Below the pieces are notes generated by a model, which was given only the letters and a program-made list of their open reading frames with translations, was not told where the DNA came from and searched no databases. Positions 28,066 to 38,095 of a stretch of 64,000 nt of DNA are shown one piece after another. Origin of the DNA: an uncultured Hungatella sp. (GTDB taxonomy: Bacteria; Bacillota; Clostridia; Lachnospirales; Lachnospiraceae); NCBI GenBank assembly GCA_910588505.1, contig CAJUPQ010000001.1, positions 22,137 to 86,136 on the forward strand, given 5' to 3'. The translations under genes and the position numbers were made by a program. Positions within the stretch are counted from its first letter, which is position 1. Each line of letters opens with the position of its first letter.

Positions 28066-29919
28066 ATGGAGAAAAAACGTGCCGGTGTGTGGCAGTACCG
28101 ATGGAAGGATGAGGTGATCACAGCTGGTCTTTTGCTGGCGTTTGGATTTATGATCAACGCCGGTATAGAGATCAGAGGTCTGTTTATGGACGATCTGTAT
28201 CTGTGGTCCTGTTACGGTGAGCAGACCTTCCGGGAATTTGTGTTTCCTTTGGGCAGCACCCGGTTCCGGTTCCTCTACTATCTGGCGGCTTACGTGGAGT
28301 TGGGGCTTCTGGGAAGCCATGTGACCTGGTTTGTTCCGGTTAACATTATCATCAACAGCGCCATTGCCTACACCTTATGCCGGTTTGCCAGAACACTTTC
28401 CGGCAACAATATGATCGGGTTCCTGAGTGGTTTTTTATATCTTTTATCCAGAATGTCCTACTACCAGATATCCCAGGTGTACGGGCTTATGGAATCTCTG
28501 GCTTTGTGGGCTGCCATAGGGATCCTGTACTGTCTCTATAAATATATCAACGAGCCGGGCCAGGAACTAAAATGGTTTTGGACGGCCAACGGACTGTATT
28601 TTGCGGTGTGTTTTATCCATGAGCGCTATATGGCGCTTTTACCTCTGCTTTTTGTTGTGCTCCTGATAAAGCGGAACAAACAGTGGAGACAGTGGGTCAT
28701 TCCCATGGCAGTGTTTGGCCTGGTGCAGCTTATCCGTTTGGCCACGATTGGAACCGTGATGCCTGCGGGAACCGGAGGCACAGATGTGGCGGACACTTTG
28801 AATCTCAGGCAGATATTTCTATTCGCCATTGAGCAGGTGCTGTATCTGTTTGGGATCAACACAGGCGGAAGCTATCTAAGCGCTTTAAGCTGGCAGGAGT
28901 CCTCCCGGTGGATAAAGGTGCTGGTGGTTTTGGCTGACATGGTGGTCCTGGCTGTTATGATACTCTTTGTGATAAAGGTAATACGGGGCAAATGGGAGAG
29001 AAGGGCTGTTTTGAGAAACTGCCTGCTGTTCTTCCTCTTTATCGGGGCCTGTATCGCCTGTTCCAGCGTGACCATCCGGGTGGAGGTGCGCTGGGTCTAC
29101 GTGTCTATGGCTGCGGCGTGGCTGTGGCTGGCGTACATGTGTGGAGTCATCACAAGGCCTTCGGCCAGGAAGCCGGAGGTCACAAGCCGGGTGCCGGACT
29201 ATCGGTGGGGGCTGGTCTGCACAGGTCTGGCGCTTGCCTACACGGTTCTTGCGATCCCAGTGGAAACCTATTACCGGAACCATTTTTCCAACCTGTATTA
29301 CTGGAATAACCAGCAGCAGTATAATTCCCTGGCAGAACAGACCTATGAAAAATACGGTGACGCCATTTTTGGAAAGAAGATCTATATTTTGAAGAATACG
29401 TATGATGTCAGCGAGTTCTATGCCGATACCTTTTTTAAGGTCTTTGACAAGGAGAGGAAGGCGGAAGGCACGGAAGTGATCTTTGTTGACAGTATCCGGG
29501 ATTTCGGCCAGGTACACAATAATATGCTGGTTATTCGGGAGGACCCGGAGTTCCACGCTTACCAGGATATTACGGAGGCGGTGAGGATCTTAAAATGCGA
29601 GCCCATCTACGGCTACTATCGGGACGGATGGATGGACGAGAGCGCCAGGATCCGGGTGATGGCCGGAAGCAGCGGCGTTATCAGGCTCCAGCTGATGTAT
29701 CCGGGGGTTATGGAGGGCCATGAGCAGACCTCGATCTATCGAAACGGCGAATTGACGGACCAGGTACACATTAAGCAGAATATTACCCAGGTAGAATTGG
29801 AGACCAGACCCTATGATATCGTGGAGCTGGACTTTGAGAATAATTTTTATCTGGAGGATGCCAAAGAGCAGCGGGGCGAAAAGAGGTTTTCCATGATCGT
29901 GGAGATCACTGCGGATTAG
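28066..29919 (+). CDS. Polytopic membrane protein, GT-C-like glycosyltransferase
   Basis: First TM followed by FMDDL (acidic pair), RFR, later HERY; about 11 TM plus a C-terminal soluble domain. Confidence 0.6.
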   Translation: MEKKRAGVWQYRWKDEVITAGLLLAFGFMINAGIEIRGLFMDDLYLWSCYGEQTFREFVFPLGSTRFRFLYYLAAYVELGLLGSHVTWFVPVNIIINSAIAYTLCRFARTLSGNNMIGFLSGFLYLLSRMSYYQISQVYGLMESLALWAAIGILYCLYKYINEPGQELKWFWTANGLYFAVCFIHERYMALLPLLFVVLLIKRNKQWRQWVIPMAVFGLVQLIRLATIGTVMPAGTGGTDVADTLNLRQIFLFAIEQVLYLFGINTGGSYLSALSWQESSRWIKVLVVLADMVVLAVMILFVIKVIRGKWERRAVLRNCLLFFLFIGACIACSSVTIRVEVRWVYVSMAAAWLWLAYMCGVITRPSARKPEVTSRVPDYRWGLVCTGLALAYTVLAIPVETYYRNHFSNLYYWNNQQQYNSLAEQTYEKYGDAIFGKKIYILKNTYDVSEFYADTFFKVFDKERKAEGTEVIFVDSIRDFGQVHNNMLVIREDPEFHAYQDITEAVRILKCEPIYGYYRDGWMDESARIRVMAGSSGVIRLQLMYPGVMEGHEQTSIYRNGELTDQVHIKQNITQVELETRPYDIVELDFENNFYLEDAKEQRGEKRFSMIVEITAD

Positions 29920-29933
29920 TAAAGAGGGGTTTT

Positions 29934-31358
29934 ATGAAGACTGGAAAGTGGTGTTACGTTCTGCCGGTCATAGGCGCGGCCTTTGGTCTGTGGTATGTGT
30001 GGGCGGCTTTCGCGGATGTGGTCTATTCAGACTATATCCGCCTGGTGAACAGCTATCTGCCGGATGTATGGGATCCGGATAAGTTTTTTGTAGGTGATAT
30101 CCTGACCCGTATCCCTCTTAATTACGTGGCCAGGATCATCAATGTGACGTTTTTTGATTACAGCATTCGATTTGACCAGGTATTGGGGATCCTTTTTTTA
30201 GGCGTTTCGGCTTTGCAGATAACCTCATACTGTATGAGACAGAAGATTTCCGCCATATGGGTATTGAGCCTTATGGTTCTCATATTCAGCCTGAACAAGT
30301 GGGAGATGATGATAAATGGCAGCGGGTGGATCCATTTTCTGGCCTTCACAGGGTTTTACTGCCATTACCTGGTACTGGAGCGGGTGTGGAGAGGCGAAGA
30401 GAGGAAAAATGACCACATATGGCTTTTGATTCTGCCCTGGATCGTGACTATCGGGATGGCAGGGCCTTACTGCGCGATTTACACGGTGGTGCTTCTTTTG
30501 ACCTACGGCTTTCGGACGGTGTTGGGAAATGTTCGGGGGGAACCGTGGGAAAAGAGATATCTGCTGTACGGCGTGTCGGCTGTGGCGCCCCTTTTTCTCT
30601 ATATGGTCAGCAGTTCCCTGGCGGAGCCGGAGAAGCTGGGGGTGGCAGATGTGCCGCTTTTGACGCAGCTTTTGGACACGCCGGGATTTTTCCTTCGGTT
30701 TTTCATAAAATCATTCGCCTCCATGGCAGTGGGGGTGGAGTGCGCTCAGGCTGTGTTTTCCAGCAATCTGCCCTATTATATTCTGGGGGCTGTGGTCATG
30801 GCGGGTTACGGGCTGGCCTTGTGGCAGCAGTGGCGGTACAGCTTATACGAAGAGACGATCTTTCCTCTGATGCTTTTGTGCGCAGGGGGATTGAACCATA
30901 TATTAATCCTGGTGTCCCGATGGGTATTTTTGCGGGAGGATTACGGCATGTCTTCTAGGTATGCCCTGCAGTTTCAGGTAGGGATCCTGGGCATGGCGCT
31001 GACCTTTGGGCTTGTGTGGAAAAAGATGGCGGATGGTGAGATGCCAAAGGGAAGAACACGGGGGCTGTGGGCAGTGGCCGGAAAGGTTCTGACCCGGTGC
31101 TTTATGGCCGGAATCACCATCCTTTTGCTGGCGGGAAACGGGTATACCACGGTTCAGGAGGTAAAGAAAGCGCCCCACCGGAAAGAGCGGTGTATGGAGA
31201 GGGCAAAGATTGCCCTGGATTTTGAGAACAGAACAGATGAGGAGCTTAAGGCTAATTTTGAGTATCATATGAGCAGACCGGAGGGCGGTCAGGAGGTTCG
31301 GGCGGCCCTGGAGATCTTGAAGAAACAGCAGTGGAATATTTTCCGACAGCAAAAGTAA
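29934..31358 (+). CDS. Polytopic membrane protein, GT-C-like
   Basis: DVVYSDY after TM1, SSRY motif late in the protein, about 11 TM; lies inside the glycan locus. Confidence 0.55.
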   Translation: MKTGKWCYVLPVIGAAFGLWYVWAAFADVVYSDYIRLVNSYLPDVWDPDKFFVGDILTRIPLNYVARIINVTFFDYSIRFDQVLGILFLGVSALQITSYCMRQKISAIWVLSLMVLIFSLNKWEMMINGSGWIHFLAFTGFYCHYLVLERVWRGEERKNDHIWLLILPWIVTIGMAGPYCAIYTVVLLLTYGFRTVLGNVRGEPWEKRYLLYGVSAVAPLFLYMVSSSLAEPEKLGVADVPLLTQLLDTPGFFLRFFIKSFASMAVGVECAQAVFSSNLPYYILGAVVMAGYGLALWQQWRYSLYEETIFPLMLLCAGGLNHILILVSRWVFLREDYGMSSRYALQFQVGILGMALTFGLVWKKMADGEMPKGRTRGLWAVAGKVLTRCFMAGITILLLAGNGYTTVQEVKKAPHRKERCMERAKIALDFENRTDEELKANFEYHMSRPEGGQEVRAALEILKKQQWNIFRQQK

Positions 31359-31372
31359 AGGAGAAAAGACAA

Positions 31373-32149
31373 ATGAAGGTAGTAATCTTAGCCGGAGGAT
31401 TCGGCAGCAGGATCAGCGAACAGAGCCATCTGAAACCAAAGCCTATGATTGAGATCGGGGAAAAGCCTATTTTGTGGCATATCATGAAATATTACTCGGA
31501 ATTTGGGTTTCATGAGTTTGTCATCTGCCTGGGGTATAAACAGTATGTGGTGAAGGAATTCTTTGCGGATTATTTTCTTCACACGTCGGATGTGACTTTT
31601 GATCTGGCTAATAATAAGATGGAGGTCCACAACAACTACGCGGAGCCCTGGAAGGTGACGCTGGTGGATACAGGGCTTAACACCATGACCGGGGGAAGGG
31701 TAAAACGGATCCAGCCTTTTGTTGGCCAGGAGCCATTTATGCTTACCTACGGGGACGGGGTGTGCAATGTAGATCTGACCGCTCTGCTCAAATTCCATGA
31801 GGAACACGGGAAGATCGCCACCATTACCACAGTGAGTCTTGCTCAGATGAAAGGCGTCCTGGATATCGGCGCAGATCATGTGGTGCGGTCGTTCAGGGAG
31901 AAGAAGGAGGCGGATGCAAGCCTTATTAACGGAGGGTTTATGGTCCTGAATCCGGAGATCTTTGATTACCTGGAGGGCGATTCTACGGTGTTTGAACAGG
32001 ATCCTCTTCAGAAATTGGCGGCCCAGGGACAGCTGATGGGGTATCATCATGACGGGTTCTGGCAGTGCATGGATACCCAGCGGGAGATGAAAAAGCTGGA
32101 GGACTTGTGGCAGAGCGGGAATGCGCCCTGGAAAATATGGAAAAATTAA
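31373..32149 (+). CDS. rfbF: Glucose-1-phosphate cytidylyltransferase
   Basis: ILAGGFGSR, KPKPMIEIG, TMTGGRVKR, LTYGDG, FWQCMDT. Confidence 0.95.
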   Translation: MKVVILAGGFGSRISEQSHLKPKPMIEIGEKPILWHIMKYYSEFGFHEFVICLGYKQYVVKEFFADYFLHTSDVTFDLANNKMEVHNNYAEPWKVTLVDTGLNTMTGGRVKRIQPFVGQEPFMLTYGDGVCNVDLTALLKFHEEHGKIATITTVSLAQMKGVLDIGADHVVRSFREKKEADASLINGGFMVLNPEIFDYLEGDSTVFEQDPLQKLAAQGQLMGYHHDGFWQCMDTQREMKKLEDLWQSGNAPWKIWKN

Positions 32150-32178
32150 GATGGTAATATCATTTGGAAAGGACAGAC

Positions 32179-33258
32179 ATGATGAGGGATACCTGGGACA
32201 CATTTTGCGGGTTTTATAAAGGGAAAAAGGTACTGGTTACAGGCCACACTGGATTTAAAGGTTCCTGGCTGTGCAGGATTCTGACAAATATGGGGGCAGA
32301 GGTTATGGGGTATGCCAAGGAGCCGCCTACAAACCCAAGCCTGTTTTACGGGGCCGGACTGGGGGAGACTATGGACAGCGTTATTGGCGATATCCGGGAT
32401 CTGGAGCATTTAAAACAGATCTTTGAACAGGTTCAGCCGGAAATCGTGTTTCATCTGGCAGCCCAGCCTATTGTGCGGGATTCCTACAAAGATCCGGTTT
32501 ATACCTATGAAACCAATGTAATGGGGACGGTCAATCTGTTAGAGTGCGTCCGTCTCACCCCGTCTGTGGAATCCTGCCTGAATGTGACCACGGACAAGGT
32601 CTATGAGAACAGGGAGTGGGAGTACGGATACAGAGAGCTGGACAATCTGGACGGGTATGACCCATACTCCAACAGCAAGTCCTGTTCAGAGCTGGTTACT
32701 CACAGCTATGCGCGGTCGTTTTTCGGCGACAAGAGATGCAGGATATCCACGTCCAGAGCCGGCAATGTGATCGGCGGCGGGGACTTTGCCAATGACCGGA
32801 TCATTCCTGACTGTATCCGCGCGGTGTCGGCCGGGAATCCTATCATTGTGCGCAATCCCCACTCGGTCAGGCCGTATCAGCACGTGCTGGAGCCCCTTTT
32901 CATCTATCTGACCATCGCCATGAGGCAGTATGAGGACGAGGCCTTTGCAGGCTGCTATAATGTGGGACCAGACGACCGGGACTGCGTGACGACGGGGTCA
33001 CTGGCGGATCTGTTCTGTCAGGCCTGGGGAGATGGGGCCGCATGGGTGAACCAATATGACGGAGGCCCCCATGAGGCTAATTTCCTGAAACTGGACTGCT
33101 CGAAGATCAAGAGCGTCTTTGGATGGCAGCCCCGCATGGATATCAGAGAGGCAGTGACATGGACCGTGGAGTGGACAAAAGCGTATCTGGCAGGCGAGGA
33201 GACGCGGAAGGTTATGGATTCCCAGATCCACAGGTTTTTTCAGGGCGAAATGGTATGA
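32179..33258 (+). CDS. rfbG: CDP-glucose 4,6-dehydratase
   Basis: VTGHTGFKGSWL, HLAAQP, DPYSNSK, RAGNVIGGGD, RPYQHVLEP. Confidence 0.95.
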   Translation: MMRDTWDTFCGFYKGKKVLVTGHTGFKGSWLCRILTNMGAEVMGYAKEPPTNPSLFYGAGLGETMDSVIGDIRDLEHLKQIFEQVQPEIVFHLAAQPIVRDSYKDPVYTYETNVMGTVNLLECVRLTPSVESCLNVTTDKVYENREWEYGYRELDNLDGYDPYSNSKSCSELVTHSYARSFFGDKRCRISTSRAGNVIGGGDFANDRIIPDCIRAVSAGNPIIVRNPHSVRPYQHVLEPLFIYLTIAMRQYEDEAFAGCYNVGPDDRDCVTTGSLADLFCQAWGDGAAWVNQYDGGPHEANFLKLDCSKIKSVFGWQPRMDIREAVTWTVEWTKAYLAGEETRKVMDSQIHRFFQGEMV

Positions 33259-33287
33259 TCACACAGTATAAGAAAGGATATATGGTT

Positions 33288-34628
33288 ATGTTTGAGAATA
33301 AAACAGAGGCACAGGCCCGGCAGGAGATCCTGGAGTTGGTGGGGGAGTATTGCGACCGTTTCCACCAGAAAAAGGAGTATAAGGAGGGAGAGCGGATCCC
33401 CTATGCTTCCAGAGTCTACGACAGGCATGAGATGATGAACCTGGTGGACAGTTCCCTGGAATTTTGGCTCACTTCCGGCAGGTATACAGAGGAATTTGAA
33501 AAGAACCTGGCCAGGTATCTGAATGTGAAATACTGCTCTGTGGTAAACTCCGGATCTTCCGCCAACCTGGCGGCATTTATGGCTTTGACCTCCCCGCTTT
33601 TGGGGGAGCGCCAGATCCGGCGGGGGGACGAGGTGATCACTGTGGCGGCAGGCTTCCCCACAACCGTGACCCCTATGATCCAGTACGGGGCAGTTCCGGT
33701 GTTTGTGGATGTGACGATCCCCCAGTATAATATTGATACAGACATGTTGGAGAAAGCCTGCTCGGAAAAGACAAAGGCTGTGATGCTGGCCCACACCCTG
33801 GGCAATCCCTTTGACCTTCAGGCGGTGAAATCATTCTGTGACAGCCATGGACTGTGGCTGGTGGAGGACAACTGCGACGCCCTGGGAACCCGGTATACCA
33901 TAGACGGGCAGGAGCGATTTTCCGGAACGGTAGGGGATATAGGCACATCCAGCTTCTATCCGCCCCACCACATGACCATGGGCGAGGGCGGCGCTGTGTA
34001 CACGGATAACCCGCTGCTCCACAAGATCGTGCGTTCATTCAGGGATTGGGGCCGGGACTGCGTATGTCCCTCAGGCCGGGATAACCTGTGCGGCCACAGG
34101 TTTGACGGGCAGTACGGGGAACTGCCTTCAGGATATGACCACAAATATGTGTACTCTCACTTTGGATACAACCTAAAGGCTACGGATATGCAGGCTGCCA
34201 TCGGATGCGCCCAGCTGGAAAAGTTCCCGTCATTTGTGGAGAGAAGGCGTCATAATTTTGACAGGCTCTATGAGGGGCTGAAGGGGACCCAGGATAAACT
34301 GATCCTTCCCCAGGCTGCTCCTAATTCCCGGCCCAGCTGGTTTGGATTTCTCATAACCTGTAAGGAGGGAGTGGACCGGAACCAGGTGGTCCCGTATATT
34401 GAGAGCAAAGGCGTTCAGACAAGGATGCTGTTTGCGGGCAATCTGACAAAGCATCCGTGTTTTGACCAGATGAGGGAAAGCGGACAGGGGTACCGGGTTG
34501 TGGGAAGTCTTTCGGTGACGGACAGGATCATGAGAGACACCTTCTGGGTGGGATTATATCCCGGCATGACGGATGCCATGCTCGATCATATGGCGCAGGT
34601 TATCAGGGAAGCTGTAGCATTGCTGTGA
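33288..34628 (+). CDS. rfbH: CDP-4-keto-6-deoxyglucose 3-dehydratase (E1)
   Basis: SFYPPHHMTMGEGG (His in place of the PLP lysine), EDNCDALG, CVCPSGRDNLC Fe-S cysteines, YDHKY. Confidence 0.92.
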   Translation: MFENKTEAQARQEILELVGEYCDRFHQKKEYKEGERIPYASRVYDRHEMMNLVDSSLEFWLTSGRYTEEFEKNLARYLNVKYCSVVNSGSSANLAAFMALTSPLLGERQIRRGDEVITVAAGFPTTVTPMIQYGAVPVFVDVTIPQYNIDTDMLEKACSEKTKAVMLAHTLGNPFDLQAVKSFCDSHGLWLVEDNCDALGTRYTIDGQERFSGTVGDIGTSSFYPPHHMTMGEGGAVYTDNPLLHKIVRSFRDWGRDCVCPSGRDNLCGHRFDGQYGELPSGYDHKYVYSHFGYNLKATDMQAAIGCAQLEKFPSFVERRRHNFDRLYEGLKGTQDKLILPQAAPNSRPSWFGFLITCKEGVDRNQVVPYIESKGVQTRMLFAGNLTKHPCFDQMRESGQGYRVVGSLSVTDRIMRDTFWVGLYPGMTDAMLDHMAQVIREAVALL

Positions 34629-34643
34629 GAGGAGGATATAAAG

Positions 34644-35510
34644 ATGACAAAGGACAACCCGGAGGATTTATCCGTCCCCTACGACCTTTCCCCGGTCCAC
34701 GGGGCTAATCTGAAGATCCTGAAAGAGATCGACAGGATTTGCAGGAAGTACGAGATCCCATACATGATCGATTCAGGCACTCTTTTGGGGGCGGTGCGGC
34801 ATCAGGGTTTTATTCCATGGGATGACGACGCGGACGTGGCCTTTACCCGGGACAATTATGAGCGGTTCGCCAAGGTTGTCAGAAAGGAACTGCCAAAGGG
34901 GCTGAAACTTCTGGAGCCTCATCAGTTAGGAGGCGGAAGGGCGTTTTACGATTTCACCCCAAGGATCCTGTATATGAACAGCAGGACTCACCAGGACGGA
35001 CCTGAGATGGATTACTATGGGGGGCGGCTGAACCATCTGTGGGTGGATCTGTTTATCCAGGATGATCTGCCGGAGTGTAAAGTCCTGGCATCCTGCGTTA
35101 AAGCTCTCCATACGTTGGTATACGGGCTGGCTATGGGCCACCGGTATCAGCTGGATTATTCCAAATACGGGACTGCTGGCAAAATGGCAGTAAAGATACT
35201 GGCCGGGGTGGGAAAAAGGATACCTATGAAGGTCATCCGCAGGCTGCAGTATGGGCTTGCGGTGTGCTGCAACAAGGGAAAGAGCAGCCTTCGGTATTAC
35301 AGCAATTATCAGCCGGATTACCTGTATGTGACCATTGAGAAGCAGTGGAATGACGAGACGGTAGATCTGCCGTTTGAGGACACGGTTTTGATGGCTCCGA
35401 AAAACTGGGCTCAGGTGTTAAAGCAGATCTACGGAGACTATATGCAGCTTCCACCGGCGGATAAGAGGGTTCCAACCCATTCTGCCATAGAGATTCAGGT
35501 GACAGGATGA
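34644..35510 (+). CDS. licD: LicD-family phosphotransferase
   Basis: GTLLGAVRHQGFIPWDDDAD, WVDLF, YGDYMQLPP. Confidence 0.88.
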   Translation: MTKDNPEDLSVPYDLSPVHGANLKILKEIDRICRKYEIPYMIDSGTLLGAVRHQGFIPWDDDADVAFTRDNYERFAKVVRKELPKGLKLLEPHQLGGGRAFYDFTPRILYMNSRTHQDGPEMDYYGGRLNHLWVDLFIQDDLPECKVLASCVKALHTLVYGLAMGHRYQLDYSKYGTAGKMAVKILAGVGKRIPMKVIRRLQYGLAVCCNKGKSSLRYYSNYQPDYLYVTIEKQWNDETVDLPFEDTVLMAPKNWAQVLKQIYGDYMQLPPADKRVPTHSAIEIQVTG

Positions 35511-35538
35511 GGAGAGGTCATGGAAAGGAATCGTGTAC

Positions 35539-36501
35539 ATGAGTAAGTTATTGTCAGTGGTGGTGTCAGTTTATAATGAGGAGGCGGTTCTGGAACAGTT
35601 TTATAAAGTGGCGGGAGAGGTTCTGAACCATATTGACTGGGATTACGAACTGTTATTTGTCAATGACGGAAGCAGGGACAAAAGTTTTCAGATCCTGACA
35701 GAGCTTGCAGGGAGGGACCGCCATGTAAAAGTGGTGAGTTTTTCCAGAAATTTTGGCCATGAGGCTGCCATGATCGCGGGGATCGACCACAGCAGGGGCA
35801 GCGCCATCATCTGTATGGACGCGGATCTGCAGCATCCCCCTAGGTGTATCCCCCAGATCCTTGACCAGTTAGAGCAGGGCTTTGATGTGGTGAACATGGT
35901 CAGGACGAAAAATGAATCTGCCGGGTGGTTTAAAAATCTGGCGTCTTCTTCTTTTTATAAAATCATCAATGTGCTGTCCGATGTGAAATTTGAGAATAAC
36001 GCGTCTGATTTTTTTGCGGTCAGCAGAAGGGTGGCAGAGGTTTTAAAGGACAGTTACCGTGAGAAGGTTCGGTTTTTAAGAGGATACGTGCAGAACGTGG
36101 GCTTTGAGAAGACGACCATTGCCTATGAGGCCGGAGTCCGGGCGGCGGGGGAGAGCAAATACAGCATCCGCAAATTATTTCAATTTTCAGTGAATACCAT
36201 AGTCTGTTTTTCCAACCTGCCTCTGAAACTGGGGATCTATGCCGGGGTTATGGCTGCGTTTCTGGGCGTGGTGGTGATGGTTTACACGCTGTTTACCAGA
36301 GGCGGAGCCCCCAGCGGGTATGCCACCATCGTGATTCTGAACTGTTTTATGTTTGCCATTTTATTTTTGATTGTGGGGATCATCGGCGAGTATATGGCGA
36401 TTCTATTTGCGGAGTTAAAGGACAGGCCTATCTATATTGTGGCGGAGACGAGAAACCTGGCCGGCCAGGAGAGACAGGATCTGCCTGATGACATGACTTA
36501 A
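35539..36501 (+). CDS. Polyprenyl-phosphate glycosyltransferase (GT2, GtrB/YkoT-like)
   Basis: VYNEE, VNDGSRD, SRNFGHEAA, MDADLQHPP, two C-terminal TM, RPIYIV. Confidence 0.9.
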   Translation: MSKLLSVVVSVYNEEAVLEQFYKVAGEVLNHIDWDYELLFVNDGSRDKSFQILTELAGRDRHVKVVSFSRNFGHEAAMIAGIDHSRGSAIICMDADLQHPPRCIPQILDQLEQGFDVVNMVRTKNESAGWFKNLASSSFYKIINVLSDVKFENNASDFFAVSRRVAEVLKDSYREKVRFLRGYVQNVGFEKTTIAYEAGVRAAGESKYSIRKLFQFSVNTIVCFSNLPLKLGIYAGVMAAFLGVVVMVYTLFTRGGAPSGYATIVILNCFMFAILFLIVGIIGEYMAILFAELKDRPIYIVAETRNLAGQERQDLPDDMT

Positions 36502-36587
36502 GAAAAAGAAGAAACCTGTGTGGCGACAAGTTGCCCTATTTTCTCATGGTTTTCGGATACACTATCCTAAAAAAAGGAGGATGTGTC

Positions 36588-36827
36588 ATGAGAATTTGTG
36601 AGGCAACCAATTTAAGGATTAATGAGCTTCGGAAACAGAGACGGCTGACAGAATACGCGCTGATCTATCAGACAGGTATGCCGCCGTCAACTGTAAAGAG
36701 TATCCTGCACGGAAAAAGTATGAATCCCGGCATTGTGAATATCAAGAAGATCGCGGAGGGCCTTGGAGTGACCATGCGAGAGTTTTATGATTCGGATATC
36801 TTCGATGAGCTGGAGCCGGAGGACTAA
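36588..36827 (+). CDS. Small XRE-family HTH regulator
   Basis: RBS AAGGAGG; HTH YALIYQTGMPPSTVKSIL...KKIAEGLGV. Confidence 0.8.
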   Translation: MRICEATNLRINELRKQRRLTEYALIYQTGMPPSTVKSILHGKSMNPGIVNIKKIAEGLGVTMREFYDSDIFDELEPED

Positions 36828-36845
36828 GGTTAAAAGGAGTCGGGC

Positions 36846-37613
36846 ATGGCAGAAGCAGAGAGGGAAATTATGGAGGTTGCCATAGAGGCGGGCCATATCC
36901 TGCTGGAAAATGGGGCTGAGATATTTCGGGTAGAGGAGACCATAAACCGAATTTGCAGGCATTACGGGATTAGATCCGGTAGTGCCTTTATTTTAAGTAA
37001 CGGAATTTTTGTGACTTCCGGAAATATGGAGGAGGAGGCGTTTGCCAGGGTTCAGCATATCCCTGTAAGCGGCTCTCATTTAAACCGGGTGGCAGCGGTA
37101 AACCAGCTGTCCAGGGAGGTGGAGGAAGGGCGCTACACCATAGAGGAAGTCAGAGAGCGCTTAACCGAGATCCGGCAGATGCCGGGAAAATCAAAACATA
37201 TGCAGATCTTAAGCTCCGGCATAGGGAGCGGGGCGTTCTGCTATCTTTACGGGGGAACCATAAGGGACTGTCTGGCCGCGTTTCTGGCCGGAATCCTTCT
37301 TTATATATTTGTGCTGTACATAAGCAGCCCTTACCTTAATAAAATGGTGTCCAATATTGCCGGGGGAGCCGTGGCCACTATCGCGTCCATGGTATTCTTT
37401 AAACTGGGCGTGGGAAAAAATCTGGACCAGATCGTTATTGGTTCTATCATTCCCTTGGTCCCCGGGGTGGCGTTTACCAATGCCATACGGGATATTGCGG
37501 ATGAGAACTATATTGCGGGGACGGTGAGGATGATCGACGCGCTGCTGGTGTTTTTCTGTATTGCTATGGGTGTGGGTCTGGTGTATACGATCAGACAGAG
37601 GCTGATCATGTGA
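36846..37613 (+). CDS. Threonine/serine exporter family, ThrE/YjjP-like subunit
   Basis: LLENGAEIFRVEET, VNQLSR, LVPGVAFTNAIRD. Confidence 0.88.
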   Translation: MAEAEREIMEVAIEAGHILLENGAEIFRVEETINRICRHYGIRSGSAFILSNGIFVTSGNMEEEAFARVQHIPVSGSHLNRVAAVNQLSREVEEGRYTIEEVRERLTEIRQMPGKSKHMQILSSGIGSGAFCYLYGGTIRDCLAAFLAGILLYIFVLYISSPYLNKMVSNIAGGAVATIASMVFFKLGVGKNLDQIVIGSIIPLVPGVAFTNAIRDIADENYIAGTVRMIDALLVFFCIAMGVGLVYTIRQRLIM

Positions 37614-37642
37614 TGGAGGTTTGACATGGAGGAGATCAGGAG

Positions 37643-38095
37643 ATGATCGGGCAGGTGATCGCGGCGGTGACAGGAACCGTGGGATTTTCCGTGCTGTACA
37701 GCGTGCCAAGGGCATATTATCCTTACTGTGGATTTATCGGCGGAGCCGGGTGGTTTCTGTATTGCCTGCTGATCCCAAATTGCTCGCCTCCGGAAGCCAC
37801 GCTGTTGGCGGCGATTCTGGTGGTGCTGCTTTCCAGGCTGTTTGCCGTCAAGGAGCGGTGTCCGGTGACCATTTTTCTCATCAGCGGCATGTTTCCTCTT
37901 GTCCCGGGAGGCGGGATCTACTGGACCGCCTACTATATTGTGACCGGGGAGATGGAACTGGCGGCAGAGAAAGGGTTTACGGCGGTCAAAGTGGCTGTGG
38001 CCATTGTTTTGGCTATTGTGTTTGTATTTCAGCTTCCCCAGAAGCTGTTTCAGGTCAGATGGGGGCAGAAAAAGAAAAATGACAGGAGGGAGTGA
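37643..38095 (+). CDS. Threonine/serine exporter family, YjjB-like small subunit
   Basis: GFSVLYSVP, FPLVPGGGIY; pairs with the upstream gene. Confidence 0.85.
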   Translation: MIGQVIAAVTGTVGFSVLYSVPRAYYPYCGFIGGAGWFLYCLLIPNCSPPEATLLAAILVVLLSRLFAVKERCPVTIFLISGMFPLVPGGGIYWTAYYIVTGEMELAAEKGFTAVKVAVAIVLAIVFVFQLPQKLFQVRWGQKKKNDRRE

